A stretch of 63,607 bases of DNA, the filler included, from Stramenopiles sp. TOSAG23-3 (Eukaryota), in assembly GCA_900128585.1 (NCBI GenBank). It is 7 parts of 7 records of this genome, joined end to end, with 100 filler letters (N's around TTAATTAATTAA, not from the genome) between each part and the next. Parts side by side here need not be neighbours in the genome. Positions count along the whole stretch, not along the records: positions 61,772 to 63,607 come from LT645336.1; 6 more parts are not named here. The stretch is one strand, 5' to 3'. The translations under genes and the position numbers were made by a program. Below are positions 61,851 to 63,607 of this stretch, piece after piece (within the stretch, counting starts at the first letter, position 1; each line of letters opens with the position of its first letter). Below the pieces are notes generated by a model that was not told the DNA's origin, ran no database searches, and saw only the letters and a program-made list of their open reading frames with translations.

Positions 61851-62315
61851 AGCGAGAGGAAGAAACTTTTGGAAGAGGAAGCTGCTGCGGAGGAGGAGGA
61901 ATACAACCAGTGGAAAGACATGTTTGAGACCGAGGATTCGGGGTCCGCGAGCACGGGTCAAGTGACGGACACAACGGACGTGTTTTTTGACTTCTTGTCT
62001 TTCATTCGAACCAAGAAAGTTGTCGTGCTGGAAGACTTGGCGTCCGAATTTAATATTAGTGGCCAAGACACGATTGAGAGGGTAGAGAGCTTGATTGAGA
62101 TGGGCCGGCTAACCGGGGTGATCGACGACAGAGGAAAGTTTATTTTAGTAACAACTGCGGAAATGCTAAACATTGCCGATTTCGTGGTGCAAAATGGGAG
62201 AATAAGTATGTCGACCCTCGCAAAGCAGAGCAATAGACTGATTAACCTGGAAGAGGTGCACATTGCTGCGAAGGACGACGAAGAGGCGGAGGCCGCCGCG
62301 GAAGAAGAAAAGTAA
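61851..62315 (+). CDS. DDRGK1: DDRGK domain-containing protein 1 (UFBP1), C-terminal part only
   Basis: EEY.QWK.MF, KKVVVLEDLA.EF, LTGVIDDRGKFI, GRIS...LA..SN.LI; no in-frame ATG or N-terminal anchor seen. Confidence 0.88.
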   Translation, partial: SERKKLLEEEAAAEEEEYNQWKDMFETEDSGSASTGQVTDTTDVFFDFLSFIRTKKVVVLEDLASEFNISGQDTIERVESLIEMGRLTGVIDDRGKFILVTTAEMLNIADFVVQNGRISMSTLAKQSNRLINLEEVHIAAKDDEEAEAAAEEEK

Positions 62316-62483
62316 GAATTAAAGCGTGCGTCTCTGCGCGTGTGGGGTACGAAAGCACCAGCACACACTAATTCTTAGGAACTTTAGTAAAGAAATACTA
62401 AAATTCTTAATTTTTATATAAATGTATCTTTCGTACGAACTTCTCGTACTTAATTTACCAATCAAATGGAAGCCTTTTATGGG

Positions 62484-63607
62484 TCAGCGCGGGGACGTGA
62501 GGCATTGAATCTGAATCACAGCGCGGTCTCCCGTTATAAAAAGGCTGCCTGGGCCAAACTCCAAATTGCTGGTCACCAGACCGGTCCACAAGCTTCCAAT
62601 CCTGTTCCCGTCGCTGTCATATACGTGAACGCCGCCTGGGCCAGTCAAAAAAAAATTTCCATTGCTATCGACTTTGACCCCAGACGGCTTGCCGCTGCAG
62701 CTACCCTGTGGAAGCCCTCTCTTAAGGCACTCTTCCCTCAGATTTCCCGCCGAAGCAAACTCCCTCATGTTCGTCAGTGAAAAGTCTTTCAGAGTCGTCA
62801 CCTCTGAGGACAGAATTCTCAAGTCCTTGCGCGATCCATGAAACCCATCGCCAAAGTCCCACTCCACGTCAAAAATGTACCATCGCTCGTCTTTTGGGTC
62901 CGAGTTAGACACCAAAAATTGCTTGTGGTCGTTGGAAAATGCCATGCCGGCAGGCATGGAAATGCTGCTGGACAGCAGCTCTGGCTTTGCGTCATGCCCA
63001 GGGTTGCCTGTTCCGGCCTTCTTCGCATTCTTCGACGACACCTTGACTGCTTTCCCGCGAACTTTGAAAATGCCGTTGAATTCAAGCTCTTGCACGCCGG
63101 CTTGGTTGTCATTGTAGTCCAAGAACAACAGGTCGTTGTTTGGCGCAAAAAGGATGCCGTTTGGGCCGTTGAGCTTCTTGCCCTTGTAGTGGGTCGCCAG
63201 GGCGGTCTTTCTCCCATCGTCCTCCAGCCGGGACAATTGCCTCTTCCCTTGCTCGCACAGCAACAACTTGTTGCTGTACGGGTCCACGGCGATCCCGCTC
63301 GATCCGCAATCTCTATTGTGATCGTCGCCACAACTGTCCCCCCTCGCGTATATCGTGTGAGCAAGGTTGTCTAGCTTGAAAATAAAGTTGCTTCGTCGGT
63401 CGCTAAAGAACAATTTGCCACTGCTAGGGTCGTCGACGTTCGGAGCCCACCAAACAGGGCCGTCCGGCTTCCACAAATTTTTTGCCGCCCGCAAGTACAT
63501 TTCTTCCCCCGCAGGAAAAATTTCATTCATCCTCTTCAAGTCGACGGTTTCAACGTGTCCCACGGTAGGCCACGTATAGATAAAGCCCCTAGCAAAATAC
63601 ATGGACG
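62484..63607 (-). CDS. SMP-30/gluconolactonase/LRE-family beta-propeller protein; runs off the window end
   Basis: PDGPVW, LFFSD, GSSGIAVD, YKGKKLNGPNG, PAGMAFS, PSGVKVDSNGN...GPGGVHVY...SNLEFG. Confidence 0.85.
   Translation of the reverse strand, partial: SMYFARGFIYTWPTVGHVETVDLKRMNEIFPAGEEMYLRAAKNLWKPDGPVWWAPNVDDPSSGKLFFSDRRSNFIFKLDNLAHTIYARGDSCGDDHNRDCGSSGIAVDPYSNKLLLCEQGKRQLSRLEDDGRKTALATHYKGKKLNGPNGILFAPNNDLLFLDYNDNQAGVQELEFNGIFKVRGKAVKVSSKNAKKAGTGNPGHDAKPELLSSSISMPAGMAFSNDHKQFLVSNSDPKDERWYIFDVEWDFGDGFHGSRKDLRILSSEVTTLKDFSLTNMREFASAGNLREECLKRGLPQGSCSGKPSGVKVDSNGNFFLTGPGGVHVYDSDGNRIGSLWTGLVTSNLEFGPGSLFITGDRAVIQIQCLTSPR

Noticed and set aside
1-63607. Numerous antisense or nested ORFs (e.g. 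4202-5002, 15106-16125, 25820-26950, 55957-56769, 60491-61135)
   Set aside because: They are shadows of well-supported genes on the opposite strand or in another frame, with no protein motifs
1-63607. Alternative genetic code or stop-codon readthrough
   Set aside because: Conserved genes translate cleanly and end in TAA, TAG or TGA; split ORFs are explained by introns or probable assembly errors

Overview
Gene-dense, intron-poor eukaryotic nuclear DNA in the standard genetic code, with moderately GC-rich coding regions and very AT-rich, microsatellite-rich spacers. Gene content (axonemal dynein, gamma-tubulin complex, DUF1800-DUF1501 fusion, single-domain voltage-gated channel, cyclic-nucleotide-binding proteins) suggests a flagellated protist, probably a stramenopile; this taxonomy is inference. 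The window is seven contigs joined by six artificial 100-nt spacers (44 N + TTAATTAATTAA + 44 N), so linkage across them is unproven. About 25 protein genes are supported. Recognisable ones are an outer-arm dynein heavy chain, RPL23A, RIOX1/NO66, TMEM260, MED22, TUBGCP3, GOT2, DDRGK1, a MAPR-type cytochrome b5 protein, a RING-H2 ligase, a dual-specificity phosphatase and an SMP-30 lactonase. Three GT-AG introns of 79-82 nt were reconstructed. The most notable observations: (1) a single-domain 6TM voltage-gated channel with an acidic TGEDWTE filter, fused after splicing to a C2 domain; (2) a ~2,300-aa type II membrane protein fusing WW, TM, a SEA-like region, a split DUF1800 and DUF1501; (3) a dispersed palindromic repeat family found only downstream of stop codons, mostly in convergent spacers; (4) a non-RD kinase + EF-hand + 2x cNMP-binding protein with a mitochondrial-type presequence; (5) a three-module glycosyltransferase. 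No rRNA, tRNA, CRISPR array or transposase was recognised. All family calls come from motif recognition, not database searches.
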